DNA from: Lophium mytilinum | Taxonomy: Eukaryota | Assembly: GCA_010093605.1 (NCBI GenBank) | Contig: MU004187.1 | Location: forward strand, 1,248,018-1,312,017 | Direction of reading: 5' to 3' | DNA length: 64,000 nt | Shown here: in pieces, positions 36,973 through 50,017 of the stretch | Numbering within the stretch: position 1 is the stretch's first letter | How the letters are laid out: the number at the start of each line of letters is the position of its first letter | The notes under the pieces: model-generated | Told to the model about the DNA's origin: nothing | What the model saw: the letters and a program-made list of their open reading frames with translations, nothing else | The model's database searches: none | Program-made: the position numbers and the translations under genes

Positions 36973-38046
36973 TGTTGCGGTTGTTTTTCCCAAGCTGGGG
37001 TGCTTTGATGCGTATAGCGTACAGAGAGTCTCAAGAATGGTGGGCGGGCTGCGAGATGGTGATGCGGAGGAGTGTATTATGTTAACTGTAGTAATAGCAA
37101 TAATCAGCATTGTAGACTGCGCGTATGGCTATACTTTGTAGCGGGATTTGTAATAAGGGTTCAGAGAGTGGCTCTTACTAACCTGTATGCGCGGCCAACA
37201 GTGCTGTGGCTTTCTAGGGCTGTTCTGGCGCGTCCAAGGGTTGCAGGAAGTGGCTGCAAGGAAGCGGGTCTCAGGGAGGGTCCGAGTGCTGCTTGAGGTT
37301 GCGGATTTGCGTCTTGGAGGGTTTCGATGCTATGGAGAGAAGAGTGGGAGTAGAGAGGAGGGGAGAGGCCTTTGTAGCTGTAGGCAAGAGTGTTTGTGGG
37401 GTATGGTATGAGTGTGAAGTCTGGAATCAGGCCACAGGCGCGTGAGCTTTCTCGAAAGATACCCAACAAGGCTGAGTCGCGAGCCCCCAGCGCGCGAATC
37501 TCCGAGAATTCTGGACGCATATTGGCTGCAGCCTGCCAGACAAGCACGTTTCTAGTTATCTGATCCGGCTTTGGCCGTTGCGCCATCGCGAAATCGTCAG
37601 CATCAATACGCGCGCTCCCATTGGCCAAATGCTCCGCAGTCCTTTTCTCCTTCTCCAAGCACTATCACGATCTCCAGGTACATGCAAGGCACAAGTCAAT
37701 AAGTTCATCGTCATGCGGTCGGTTTTTTATTCTCTATAGATGACAGCTGTTGGTATTTCGCCTTCTATTTAATTCTTCTGTTCGGGTTGAGATTATTCGG
37801 AGAAGCACGCCATCCCAAAGCTTCAAGACGAAACTTCGTCACAGCACACACGCAGGATTACATCACGCTAGGTGGATCATACTTTGATATAGCGTGCTGC
37901 AAAGATTGATTTAATATGCTCTCGTAAAGAATAAGATCATTTTCACACTTCGTGTTGCCCTCCTTGAGCATAGGGTAGATATATCTACTACTAAGACCCC
38001 AGGGAATTCGGACGAGAAAATGAATGATGATACTTTAGCGTAAGTA

Positions 38047-38350
38047 CAGTAAACCCTGGTTATAGTAATACGCTCGGTTGCGAGGGGTCATATTACTATA
38101 TAGAGGGTATTACTATATCCAAAGTCACGTGTTAGTGATTTATAAGCCCTCGGCCCCTAAAACAGCGAAATTAGGGGGGTTTAAAGGGGGTTCGAGGGGC
38201 CACAGACCACCCGCCCATACAAAAACCACCCTTGGTTAGAGTGATATTGTTGGGCGGGACCTTGTAATATTCTAGTAAGCAGGATATTACTACTTCCCAT
38301 ACAAATTTCGACGGTTAGCCAACATATATTACTATATAGAGGGTTTACTG
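38047..38350. mobile_element. 304-bp MITE (Tc1/mariner-pogo superfamily type)
   Basis: 24-bp TIRs CAGTAAACCCT(GGT/CTA)TATAGTAATA, 21/24 identical; flanked by TA on both sides; subterminal TATTACTATA repeats; no transposase ORF. Confidence 0.85.
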
Positions 38351-38830
38351 TAGTGACATGTTGCGATTTAGCCCACGCTCTACTCCTTGAGACTCCTAGG
38401 TTTGCGAGAGTAGCAACAAAACGTATACGTCCATCGTCTAACACGTCTAACTTTGAGCAAAGATGGATTCCGTACTGGTTCTTATCCGGCAGAATACTGC
38501 AACCGCTGCAGAGTGAATACTTTATCTTGCTTTATTGAATGCGACGGTAGTTATGGTTGTGCTTGTCTTGTTTGAAGACGTACCAAGCAGTCGACGAGTC
38601 TCGAGCTCGAAAGGGCCATACTTCCTAAATTTATTATCGTATGTGTACGCATGGCTAGGCGCTGTGGAGACCGATCAGGGGCAAGAATTACAGAAGCTGC
38701 GGGCTCTGAAGATAAGTCGAGGCACCTAGAACAGCGGAAGACAATTCACGGAGGCCGAGAGCAGAGCCCAGAGCTTGTTCTATCTGGTCGCAGTGCGCTA
38801 CACTCCATTTGATCCCTTGCCACCTCTCGT

Positions 38831-41800
38831 TCAGGTTTCTATCTCTTCTATTGGCTCAGGGTCTGCGTATAGTGAATGTTCGGAGCCGGACTCCTCCGCA
38901 CCTAGTTCGGCGTCCGCATCGTCCATATTGACATCGTTCGTATGGCCATTGTCTTCGGCTGACTCCTGGTCTTCCACATAAGGGCTTATATAGTTTCCTC
39001 GTCGGTCTGCGCATAGTGAATCTTCGGAGCCGGACTCCTTCGCGCCTGGTCCGGCGTCCGCATCGTCCATATTGACCTCGCTCGTATGAACTTTGTCATC
39101 TTTTCCACCATGGGCATCAGTGTCTTCGGCCGCCTCCTGGTCTCCCTTCTTAGAACTCTGCAGTTGCTGCACTTTCTCCCTAACCTCGTCCTCGCTCAGC
39201 TCGACACAGCTCTTCGTAGTCGATTTGCGGACACTGGGAAGCGTATTGTCGCTAGACAGCTCAGCACCGCCCCAAGAGAAACACCTCTTGCGACTGATTG
39301 AGCCCCTCTTCTGACGACCCAGAGAACATTTCGTCAATTCGCGCCAATGCGAACGCATCTCCTTTCTCCACTCGGACTGATCGGAATCCCAGGGGGCGAG
39401 TATATCAAGAGGCTCATCATATACGCTCAGGGCCTTCTGCTGACCTTGTTTATTAGGGAGTTCCGGGACTTCAGGCATTTCTCCCGGACCCAGCGGCTTC
39501 TCTGGCGGTACTTCCCACCCGTCAACCCTAACAGCTCTATAAAAGATTGGAAGTTGGAGATCATTGGTTGGCCATGGTTTTATACGCGAGGTTGGCCTGT
39601 CCGCCTCGTGAAGAAACCGCGTATTGGTAGATATCCTCTGCGCAACGTACACAGTGCACAACGCCAAACACCACCCACACGCACTCAGGAGGTTAATATC
39701 CTTGTAGAGGGTGTCAAGCACCTGAGATAATAGGTCCGCCTCTCCGGTAGGGCGATGGGGAGTCTGGTCCTCTTCCTGCAAGTCTAACTCTTCGGGTTGC
39801 GTCTCCTGCGCGGCGACCTTCGAATCATACTTCGAGCGGATCAATGGCGATTGTATCTCCGCCTCTTCGGCTGGACGATGCTGAGTCTGGTCCTCTTCCT
39901 GCAAGTCCAACTCTTCGGGTTGGGTTCCTTCCGAGACGGCTTTCGAATCATGCCTAAGGCTGATTAGTGGCGATTTTATCTCCACCTCTTCGGCTGGACG
40001 ATGGAGAGTCCGATCCTCGTCTTTCAAGTCTGATCTCTTGAGTGGCTCTTCCTGCGAGGCATCGTTCGAAATCTTAGAGCTGTCAGGATGCTGATAATTC
40101 AATGACGCCTGTATTTCCGTCTCATCGGCAGGCTGATGAGGAGTGTGATCCTGGTCTTTCGAGGTCAACCTTTTGGTTCGCACTCTCTGCCAGGCGATCT
40201 TGATATCGGCGTGAATCTTGCGAATCGCAGCCAGGCGAGCCTGCAACCTCAGCCGATTGCCATTGTTTTCAGAACTACTAGGTTGCTGATCATTTGGTGA
40301 AGATTGTGATCGAGCCCCTGCAAGAGTGAGAGGAGGAAATTCGGCTGCATCCCTTAGGGCTAAGTTTTGGGGTGGCGTCTTCTGCGAGGCGACCTTCGCA
40401 TTACTATTAGACTTGCTAGGTTGTTGAATAGTTGGCGTCGGCCCTGCTTTCCGTCTCTTGGGAGTCTGATGGGGAGTCTGATGGGGAGTCTGATGGGGAG
40501 TCTGATGGGGAGTTTGAGCTTCGTCCTGAAGTCCTGAACGCTTTCTATCGTCGTTGGCCGTCTTCGTTGGCACTCTGGAGTCGACGCCTGGTCCGTCCTG
40601 TGCCGCTTGTGTGGCAGCCGGTTTAGCGCCGCCTTTAGACTTCTTTTCTTTAGTCGCTGAAAGCTTTTTAATATCGTCGTCCGCCAGGGTATTCTGCCCC
40701 AAAGCCGCAAAGCTGTTCCCGTCAAGAGTCTGTTCGGGATCTCCATTAGGATGTTCCTCTTCGGCCGCTGGAGGGGTTTTGCCATTGTCGCCTGATGCGT
40801 CCTGTATTGCCTTTATAGCCGAGGGTCCAGGGCCTCCGGTAGAGTGTTCTAGGCCAGAGGTGGGAACTCTTTTCTTCGACTTCGATTTCGACTTCGACTT
40901 CTTCTTCGGCTGCGTCTGGGATGCCTCCGCATCGCTACCAAGAATATCGGCTGCCAATTCTGCAGCAGATTTCGTGGCGTTCTGGTTCCTAATTGCTTGT
41001 TCCTGGTTTTTGAATACTTGTTCCACGTTTTTAATTGCTTGTTCCTGATTTTTAATTGCATGTTCCAGGTCTTTAATTGCTTGTTCCTCAAGGTTCATCT
41101 CCATCGCCGCCGCTATATGAAGGAAGAGGTCGTCGGCCAGCTTGGCTGGATCCAGCTTGCGGCCTTTTGACACTTCATATTGCACACCTGGGTCGTTTTC
41201 GTACTCGTAAAGAGATGCACGATACTCGAAATGCTCATCCGCGTCCATTTCCGCCGCGTGATGTTTCCAATAAGCAAGTTTCTCCAGGAAATCTTGGTAG
41301 GTAAACAACCCCTTGTGAGGAAGCAAGGCTTCTCCCGGTTGGGTTCTTGGAGGAGCCTTTTGAGTCATATCGGAGGCAATGCGAGCTGGGTTTGATCCAG
41401 GGAAGTTCTTTGCACATATACGACGAAAGACGTCTTCGACCTGCTGAGCCGGAACTGGATCGCCGCATCTCTGTGCTTCAAGAAATATAGCTCTACTGGC
41501 TTGCTGGTTCAACTCCTTGCGCATGTGCCAAATCTCATCCAAGGTATTATCCACCGCGTCATCTTCCCAGGCTAGAACGTTCTCGTACCACTTCTTATAA
41601 AGTAATGAATGGCCGGCAACGCGACGTACGAGCTCGAGATGATGCGCATCCAGTAGGAGCCTTTCTTTGCGTAGGGGAACGAGACAGTGTTCCAGACGTT
41701 TGCGTTCGCCATCATCCGTCGTTTTTGAGAGCACATCTTCGATTGTAACGATAGCGGACCCCAACTCTTTTATTTCAGCTTCTGTGGCATCTACTGTTTC

Positions 41801-42209
41801 AGGGAAACTGCCGGAAGTCTTTGGATCAAGGCCATTCGGGTCAGAATCCCGTCCCTCTGGGACAGTATCATCGCCAACCATCGTGCCCTCGGGGCTGGAT
41901 TGCTCAAGTCGCTCATCGTGCGGAGTAGATTTATCGTCCGATGCAGCGTTCGAATCCTCTTTTGGGCTCACTTTATCCGATGGCAGAGTGTTTGTGCCAT
42001 TGCCCTCGTTTTGCGAGGCAGCGACATCGGCTAGTATGTCTAGCCCGCTGGGAGGGTGTGGAAGGCCTCCAGAACCAGATGAGGTCGGCGCAGAGGCAGT
42101 AGGATTGGCTTCGGTCCCGGCTATGATGGTGTTAGCTTGGAAGTTGAAGGTAGGTCAAAATGGGAAATGCAGACTTACATGATGATGCGGGCGGGGTGTC
42201 GTTGGACAT
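38831..42209 (-). CDS. Large (~1100 aa) hypothetical protein with coiled-coil and multiple internal repeats
   Basis: 1046-codon ORF extended upstream in frame. Exon 1 (42209-42179) joins via a GTAAGT...GCTAAC...CATAG intron. EQAIKN heptads, QTPH x4, ~40-aa repeats. Confidence 0.75.
40460..40516. repeat. 12-bp coding minisatellite (GGAGTCTGATGG x4; QTPH repeat)
   Basis: Directly visible tandem repeat. Confidence 0.9.
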
Positions 42210-43777
42210 ATTTTTGTTAACGATTGAAGTATATAATCGACTAGTTGATAATACGGTTTGGAGATAATTGAATAGCTTGTTGACGTGTAATGAAAGGGGA
42301 GAGTCGGAGTAGCTGTGTCCTATGGTAGAAGTAAGAGAATGGCACAGGGCAGATCTGGGACGTCGCTGACCTGAGAGAAAGTACGGAAGGTAGAATGAGG
42401 CCGCGTACGGCATCATCTCCTCAGGGAACCTTCTCTGTGTAGACCCTTTTGACACTACTTGAACTCACCTCATCATGTTCTAAGAATTATGCTTATAGTG
42501 TAACAGTTTTTGGAGTGAGACGGCCTTTCCATTATATCGGAAGCCCCGTAGTTGAGTGGAGATACCAAACAGTGAGAAGGTGCAAATCGTAGAATCTCGA
42601 GCTCTGATTTTAACGGTGACAGGAGAAAGCATGCAATTAGTTTCATCCTAGTGATTAAGTGGAGTTGGGTGGTGAGAGACTGCGCCGTCTGAGGTGGCCT
42701 GGAGAGTTAAGGGATCAACCAAAACATGACTCTCCCCGTTCTGTAGATGCTAAAATACCTCAAAGCTCCACATGTAGTGACGAAAGGAGAATGCAAAGGA
42801 GGCGTGTAGCTTATACTCCATACGACACTTCGAGGTTGTTGATAGGTGAGATTTGTTAGTATCCGCAGATCCCATATTCGGAATGGTACCTAAGTGGGAT
42901 TCAAACCATCAAGTGAAGTCTCTCGTGATGCTGTGAATATGTCTAGAATGATGGGCAAAATCGAAAGTGAAAGTAGACGTCGACCAGCCCAGCAACTAAA
43001 GTCAGTATCTGAGGTCCCTCGTAAGGCCTAGGTCAATCTGGCTGAAGTGTAGCAATCCTTGGCGGTGATAATCAGACATTGAGAAGTGTCACGAACCGGG
43101 ACGCAAGAAGTCGTCTGGTCTCCATGATGCTGTAGAAATCGCAGACATGACCTACTGATGTCGATGGCCCAGATCAGATCTTAAGAGATGTCTCCTATTT
43201 AGACGCTGCTTGCCACTGCCTGAGGTCTTCTGTGACACTAAAAAAGTGAGGACGCGATACGAAAATCAAGGGAATGGCTATCTCACACCGAAGTCTTCTG
43301 CAGTCATGCGTACACCTGTCTGCCACTACTTATAGCGCTTCAACAAGTATCCACACAGCCACTTCCTCTACACAATCTCATGACATTACATCCACATCTC
43401 ACGCACTCACTTTCTCAAAAGCAGCTCTTACAAATTTTTCATTCCGCATATCTCTTGCAACGCTGCAATCCCCTATCGACCCCCCCCTTCATTGCCTACA
43501 ATATATCCGCGGGACTTCCACGAAGCCCACACCGCGCGCACACGCCACAAAAAGCTGATATTTAGGGACCCAAAGCGCCGTGTGTGTTAGACACATGTTT
43601 CTTTAGGGAAGTATAGAACAAAACAAGCCAAGAGGAGAAGCGAGATTCTGGCTTTTAGGACTCGCTCGGATGCGTACAGTGCTCGGGTTTAACAGCCAAG
43701 GGGGGGAGGGGAAAGGAGACAGGAGAGGAGGATTCGGGAGTTGCCGCTCGGGTAGAGAAGAAAGGAGGGTTGCGAAA

Positions 43778-45866
43778 TCAGGTAGCAACAGCTTCAGGTA
43801 CAGCCACGGCACCGTTGGGGCTCTCGTGCGAAGGGCTTGCCATGGCATCCAGTGGTGCGGCGTGTAGGGCTGGTTTTTGGGCACCCTTGCCCATGGTGCC
43901 GTTCTTCCTTCGTTCTATCGCTGCCTTGACCCAGTCAGCAACCTCTTTGTCCACAACGGCGGCTCCTTCGTCTGGTTTCACGGAGCCCAGCGAGGCAGCA
44001 TCCTCCGCTACCAGCTCCTCCTCCTCTTCATCGGCTTCCATGATGGTGGCAGGTTTTACGAGAGGTGCCAGCCATGCATGTTGGAGGAGCATGGCATAGC
44101 TAGGTCGGAGTTTGGGGATCTTGTTGAGGCAACCATGTACAAAGTTGCGAGCTTCAGCAGAGAATCCTTCTGCTGGGAGATCTGGAGGCTCGCCATCCAC
44201 AATAGCCTGAGGATTGTCAGTAAAGATTATGTGAGAGAAAGACTGCACTACTCACGCTAAGTTGACTGAAGATGTTGTTGTATGTCTCAGGGGGATAAGG
44301 ATACTGCCCCATTGCACACTCGATGATGGTCAACCCTAAACTCCAGATGTCGCTTTGCACGCTGTATGTTCCACCTCCCGGATTGGCACCTGCCTGTGCC
44401 ATTCCGCCTGACGAGATCCTCTCCGGTGCCATGTAGCTCTGGCAGCCGATGTTCGTTTTCGCAATGCTAGCAACAAGATTACCGCTCACGCCAAAATCGC
44501 AGATCTTGATCTGGCCTCTCGTGTTCATCAAAATGTTCGTAGGCTTCACATCTCGGTGAATGATGTTATGCTCCTCTTTCAAGGCCTTCAGACCCATTGT
44601 CGTCGCCAGTGTGATTTTCCGCAGTATCGGCTCAGGAATGCCGTCGCCATACAGCTTGTCTATTGACCCTCCGTCCATAAACTCAATGCAAATATAAACA
44701 GCGCCCTCTTGGAAGAAGGCTCCGTAAAAGTCGATTATGAAGGGCGATATACATCTGTGCAGGATGTCGAGTTCCATGATGATGGCAGCAAACTTGGCAT
44801 CATCGAGCTCCAGCCTTATCTCCTTCATGGCCATAATGATGCCCGTGCCGACAGCAGGCTTTGCCGGCGTAGGGCTTGCATCGTCCTTGGAGTCGGTAGC
44901 TGACTTCTGAGTGGGCGAACCAGGTGCTGCTTTGTTCCCGGCAAGGCCCTGGCCTGGTTTTCGCATTCTCGGTCTGCTGTGCCGGACTTTATAGACGGTT
45001 CCGTAATTTCCTTTCCCAAGCTCGTCCAAAGTGTCCACTTCATCTAGTGATATGTCAAAGCTGCTACCGCTTGAGAACTTGACTCCATCAGCGTTTATCA
45101 GAGCTTTGCCCTTGAACCTGAGAGTGCCCGTCTTCGTATCTATGTACTCGGCGTATCTGTCCATCATGGTCTCTTGCTTCTTTGGGGGAGCTGCCTGTTC
45201 GGAGGATTGGTCCCCATTCATCTGGGAGAGACTGAGGCCGGGCTTCTTCCGGCCTGCCGGTGCAGGTGACGGGGCTGATCCAGGAAGACCGCCTGGCAGC
45301 TTCAAACCACGCTTCTCCGCCAAAGATGGTTTGTTCCCTCCGCCTATCCGTAACCCGGGCACGGCGGGTGCAGACTGAAAATTGTGCATCTGTGGTTTCG
45401 CACTAGGCGGCATCTTAAAGTTGGGGGCGCCACCGGACCCGATATGAGGGCCACCTGGCGAAGATGGAAGCGGTCGGCCACTCAGCCCTGTCTGTCCACC
45501 CGGCCCTGCCTGTTGGCGGAAGCTGTTGGTTGGAGGGGCACCTTGGCGGCCAAGATGCACGGCCTGTATCCTCGCCAGAATGTCCTGTGAGACATTGAGG
45601 CCGCTCCCTCTGCTCGATATGGTCGGTGCGGGTTGTGGTCTCGGATTTCTCGCAGCATTGAGAGCGCCCAGCGGAGTTGAAGAGGCAGTCATGCCAGCGG
45701 TGGTTGCGGAAGCGGATACCGAGCGTAGGGTGGGGGGTGGGGAGGCGAGGAAGCCGTTGGGCGTGCCAGACGGCGAGTCCGGTAGGGAGTCGGGAGAGAG
45801 CGGAGGAGAGGAGGGAGATGCGAGCGGGAGGCTGGAATCGGAGTCTTCGTCTGGAGAGGAGGCCAT
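43778..45866 (-). CDS. PBS2: MAP kinase kinase of the HOG pathway (1 intron)
   Basis: LGKGNYGTV, AMKEIRLELD, HRDVKPTN, DFGVSGNLVASIAKTNIGCQSYMAPERI; Pro-rich N-terminus. Confidence 0.95.
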
Positions 45867-46548
45867 GGTGGGCTGATGGGGGAGCAGTGGCTCGGGGAGG
45901 CGAGAGGTAGCAGGTTCGGCGGAGTGGGAGGGAAAAGAAAGTAGAGGGGTAGGACGACTCAGTAGCGGGTGTGGGCACGACAGCGACAAAGAGGTGAATG
46001 TTTTGGCTATCGCGTCGTGGATGTCATAGAGAGACGATCGCGGTGGTGGTGCAGCACTGCAGTGGCCGTGCAGCTGGAGGAGCGAACTGACGTTGCGGTC
46101 GGGCCGCGAGCGAATAGCGGTTCAACGGTGTGGGCTGCGATCGGCACAGTGCATTGGCGGGCGATATCAGGAGTCAATGGTGGTGGTAGAACTGGAGCAG
46201 AGGCACGGAGGCACAGAGGAGGGCAGCAGAGAAAAATATCAGGTATGACGACGGCCGGACGCAACAAGAGTGCCCAGGTGCCCAGGTGCCATGCTACATG
46301 CAGGCGAGTGGAGGTGCATATGGCTTCAGTGGCGGACCGGGGTCGGCGACTTGCTTTGATGCGGGCGAAACAGTCGCAGCCGGTCAAACAGGCTCAGCCA
46401 GATGCGTGAAGACAGCCAGCAGGGCCTGAGGTAGTCTGAGGCATATGTGAGAGCAGACGTGAGCGCAGACGGGAGAGGGCAGAGGTTAGAGAGGGCTTCG
46501 TGGGCAGCGGAGAGGCGCAGACAGGCACCGCAGGCGCGATGGACTCGC

Positions 46549-46747
46549 GATTGGAGTTGGCATCGATCGCGATCCCAGCGGACTCAGGCTGCGTGGACCT
46601 GTGGCCCGGCGCAGATTGGCAGAGACTACTGTAGTGTAGGTATCGACGTAGTAGGGATTGGCAGAGATTTCAGCTATGGATTGGTAGGGAACAGCAGCTC
46701 TGGATTGGCAGAGAATATCATGCCCAGGTGCTCCTGTGAATTGGCAG
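46549..46747. promoter_or_regulatory. Cluster of CCAAT boxes in the PBS2/transporter divergent promoter
   Basis: Six ATTGG within 200 bp; GATTGGCAGAGA repeated at 46614, 46656 and 46703. Confidence 0.45.
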
Positions 46748-47204
46748 TGGCACCAGGTGTGGCGCAGTAGCCGCGAGGCCTCTCCGCAATTGCAGCTGTG
46801 CAGCGCTGGAGTCGGCTCTAGGCTTGGTGTTTTCTGACGTGCTCGCTGGACAAAGCGCCCGTGGCCTTGCTTTCCAACGAGATAGGCTGGCAGGCTGGCG
46901 TGAAGGTTGCCAACTCCACGCCGAGAAAAAGCACTGGGTCGAGCCTTTTGTATCGTCGCCCCCTCCCCAGCCTGCGACTCCTCCATGTCGTCCCGTCTTC
47001 TTCTGCGACACTCCGCGCTCTCTTAATCCTGCCCGTTGCCCTGATCGCGGCCTCGCGCTCCACTTCCTGCGCCCATTGACGCCCTGCGACCCTCGTCTGC
47101 CGCAGAACAGCCAAGACCAAACACGTCGTGCTTCAGGTACCAACCTTGGTACCGCCCTCGCCGAACCACTCCTTAAGAACACCCACAGTGCCCGGGCCCT
47201 CGCC

Positions 47205-49065
47205 ATGTCATATTTCGAGGGTCTATCGTCGTTGCGTCTGCGCAACCTAGGCCCAGACACTCCCTTTGTCGCCATGAACAACCTCCCGTTTCCCAGCGGC
47301 GACGTGATGGGCGCCTTCAAGGAGAAGCTGCCGCCCCACAGCTCGCATCCGGACTTCCCTCATTTGTGTCTGCTCGTCTTCGAAGCTGTGCTCGAAGTCG
47401 TGTGCGTTGCGCTGCCCGGATACATCGTTGCGCGGATGGGCATGATGGACCTGGAATCGCAGAAGTTCCTAGCCAACCTCAACACCATGCTCTTCACGCC
47501 ATGTCTCAGTATGCTGCCTTTTTTGCCAGTCATTTTACTATGCATGCTAACTACCTACAGTCTTCACCAAATTAGCATCCCAGCTTACCGCCGAGAAGCT
47601 CGTTGAGCTCGGTGTCATTCCTTTCATCTTTGTCGTCCAGTGCCTCGTCTCATACCTAAGTTCATTCGCTGTATCCCGCCTCTTCGGCTTCAAGCAACGA
47701 GGCCGGAACTTTGTCACTGCCATGGCCGTAAGAACCCTCTATACCCAATATCACGACCAATTCTAATAAAAACAGGTCTTTGGCAACTCAAACTCTCTCC
47801 CTATATCTTTAGTCGTCTCTTTATCCAAGACACTTTCTGGCCTGCATTGGGACAGGATACCAGGCGATAACGACAACGAGGTTGCTGCAAGAGGCATCTT
47901 ATACCTGCTGATTTTCCAGCAACTCGGCCAACTCGTCCGCTGGACCTGGGGTTACAATATCCTGCTCCGCCCCGCGTCCGACTACACCGTTGAGGAGGGA
48001 GGCACCAAGCATGTGGATCACTTGGAGGGCAGCGATGTGACCGATCCGGAGGCACAGGCTCTTCTGGGATCTCCTACTGAATCTCACTCGGATTATGAGT
48101 CCGGTAACATCACGCCACACAACAGGCATGGCTATGCCTCCTCATACTCATCTTCATCCTCGGGCTCAATTGACGAGCGTCAAAACGTTATTCCTGATGT
48201 CGACCCTACTCCTACAAACGGCAACGTCCTTCCTAAGCGCCCTGTGGACTATATCAAGAGGAATGCCATCTTGAACGAATCCAGCGGCCACATGACGACC
48301 TTCCCAAACCCAAACTCAAGCACCGATCTGCAACACGTACCCAAAGGACCAAAAGGGTGGTGGATTAGGTCCAAACAAGCAGTCGCCCGCGCATTCCATT
48401 CGGTCAGAAACGCCATCGCCTCTGCTTCGCGGAAAGCCTTTTCGACTCTTCCCACCCCCCTTCAGAAAGTGCTCTCGAAAGTCTTCTCTATCCTTTTTGG
48501 CTTTCTAAACGTACTCTGGGAGGGAATGAACCCCCCTCTTTGGGCTATGTTGGCAGCAATCATCGTCGCTTCCGTCCCAAAGCTTCAGCACGTGTTCTTC
48601 GACCCGGGCACATTCATCAGCAACTCAGTGACACGCGCGGTCAGCCAATCAGCCGGTGTTGCCGTTCCTCTCATTCTGGTAGTCCTCGGTTCAAACCTGG
48701 CCCGTAACACCCTCCCGAAAGAGGACGTTTTCAGTTCTGAGGACCCCAAAGAGGAGAAGAAGTTGCTGATTGCAGCCCTCGTCAGCCGCATGCTCATTCC
48801 CACTATCATCATGGCCCCAATCCTAGCTGTTACGGCTAAGTATATCCCAGTCAGCATTTTAGACGATCCCATCTTCGTCATTGTCTGCTTCCTCCTCACC
48901 GGAGCCCCCAGCGCACTCCAACTGTCTCAGATCTGCCAGCTCAACAACGTCTACTTGGGAGCAATGTCGAAGCTTCTCTTCCAGAGCTACGTGATCTGGA
49001 TCCTGCCATCGACTCTTATCCTAGTAATGCTTGCACTCGAGACGGTCGAGTGGGCTCAGCGGTAG
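47205..49065 (+). CDS. Auxin efflux carrier (AEC/PILS-like) membrane transporter, 2 introns
   Basis: LVFEAVLEVVCVALPGY, LN..LFTPCL/FTKLAS, FGNSNSLP, MNPPLWAML, AVPLILVVLGSNL, APSALQLSQI. Confidence 0.9.
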
Positions 49066-50017
49066 ACAGTACGATAACAGCTCTGCTTGATCGTCTGCTT
49101 GTACATAGGTTTTTTTACGACTCTTCTTTGGGATTAACATTGGTTTGGCAGCACGGCGTTGGTAGCAATCGGTCGAAATGGACGGAATTAGGTGGTCTCC
49201 AGGTGTTTTACGGACCGTGCCCGGTTGTGTAGCTGTACCTTGTACATGATCAGAGATATCCGGACATTTTGGCGACGCGTGACGTTTGTATACATATTAG
49301 AACCACCTACGGGTACATAATCTTCATTTGATAAGCCCGTCTCGTTTGCAAGTGACTTGGCTCTCCCGTGCGATATCTATGGCTACTCTTACCCTACACA
49401 ATATGAAGTTATATCCCGCTCCTTGAATATTCATTCTTTTTGGACTTGGCACAGCCTTGGTCTAGTACCTAGGCAGACGTTCAGGTACCTTAACACAACC
49501 CTGTTTTTCCTGCAAGTAGAACTGCCAACGTGGACGCTATTGGCGGCAGAGGCCCCAGGCCTTGATTTGGACTCATGCAGGAATTCGACGGCTGGCCCTG
49601 CAGATGTCCCGCCGGCCAAGTGGATTTGTCCCAAGGATGAGGTAGACGGGGAGATAACGCTGGCCGAGTAGGTCGATATCTCTCCACGTCCTCGCGTCTA
49701 TCTACGCACCGGCCGCCATCTATTACCCACAAACAACCTCGGGGCCTTTCCACTTTGGCTGCTACAACTCACACGTCTGCTTCTGCTTCTTCACTGCTGC
49801 GATATAACACTGATACCGAGTGGGATACCTGCCTCGATTGCGCCTCGGCAGGAAGTGACGCCCTTCTAGCCCAGTTGTTTGGGCACGTGGAGCCCACCAA
49901 ACGCGCCTTAATTTCCTGAAATTCTCTCCACCCATATCCCTCCCGTCGCTTTTGCACCACACGTGAAGTGCTTGGAAGAACGAAGCCCAGTCCAGTTGCA
50001 CCTCACTTACTTTAGCC

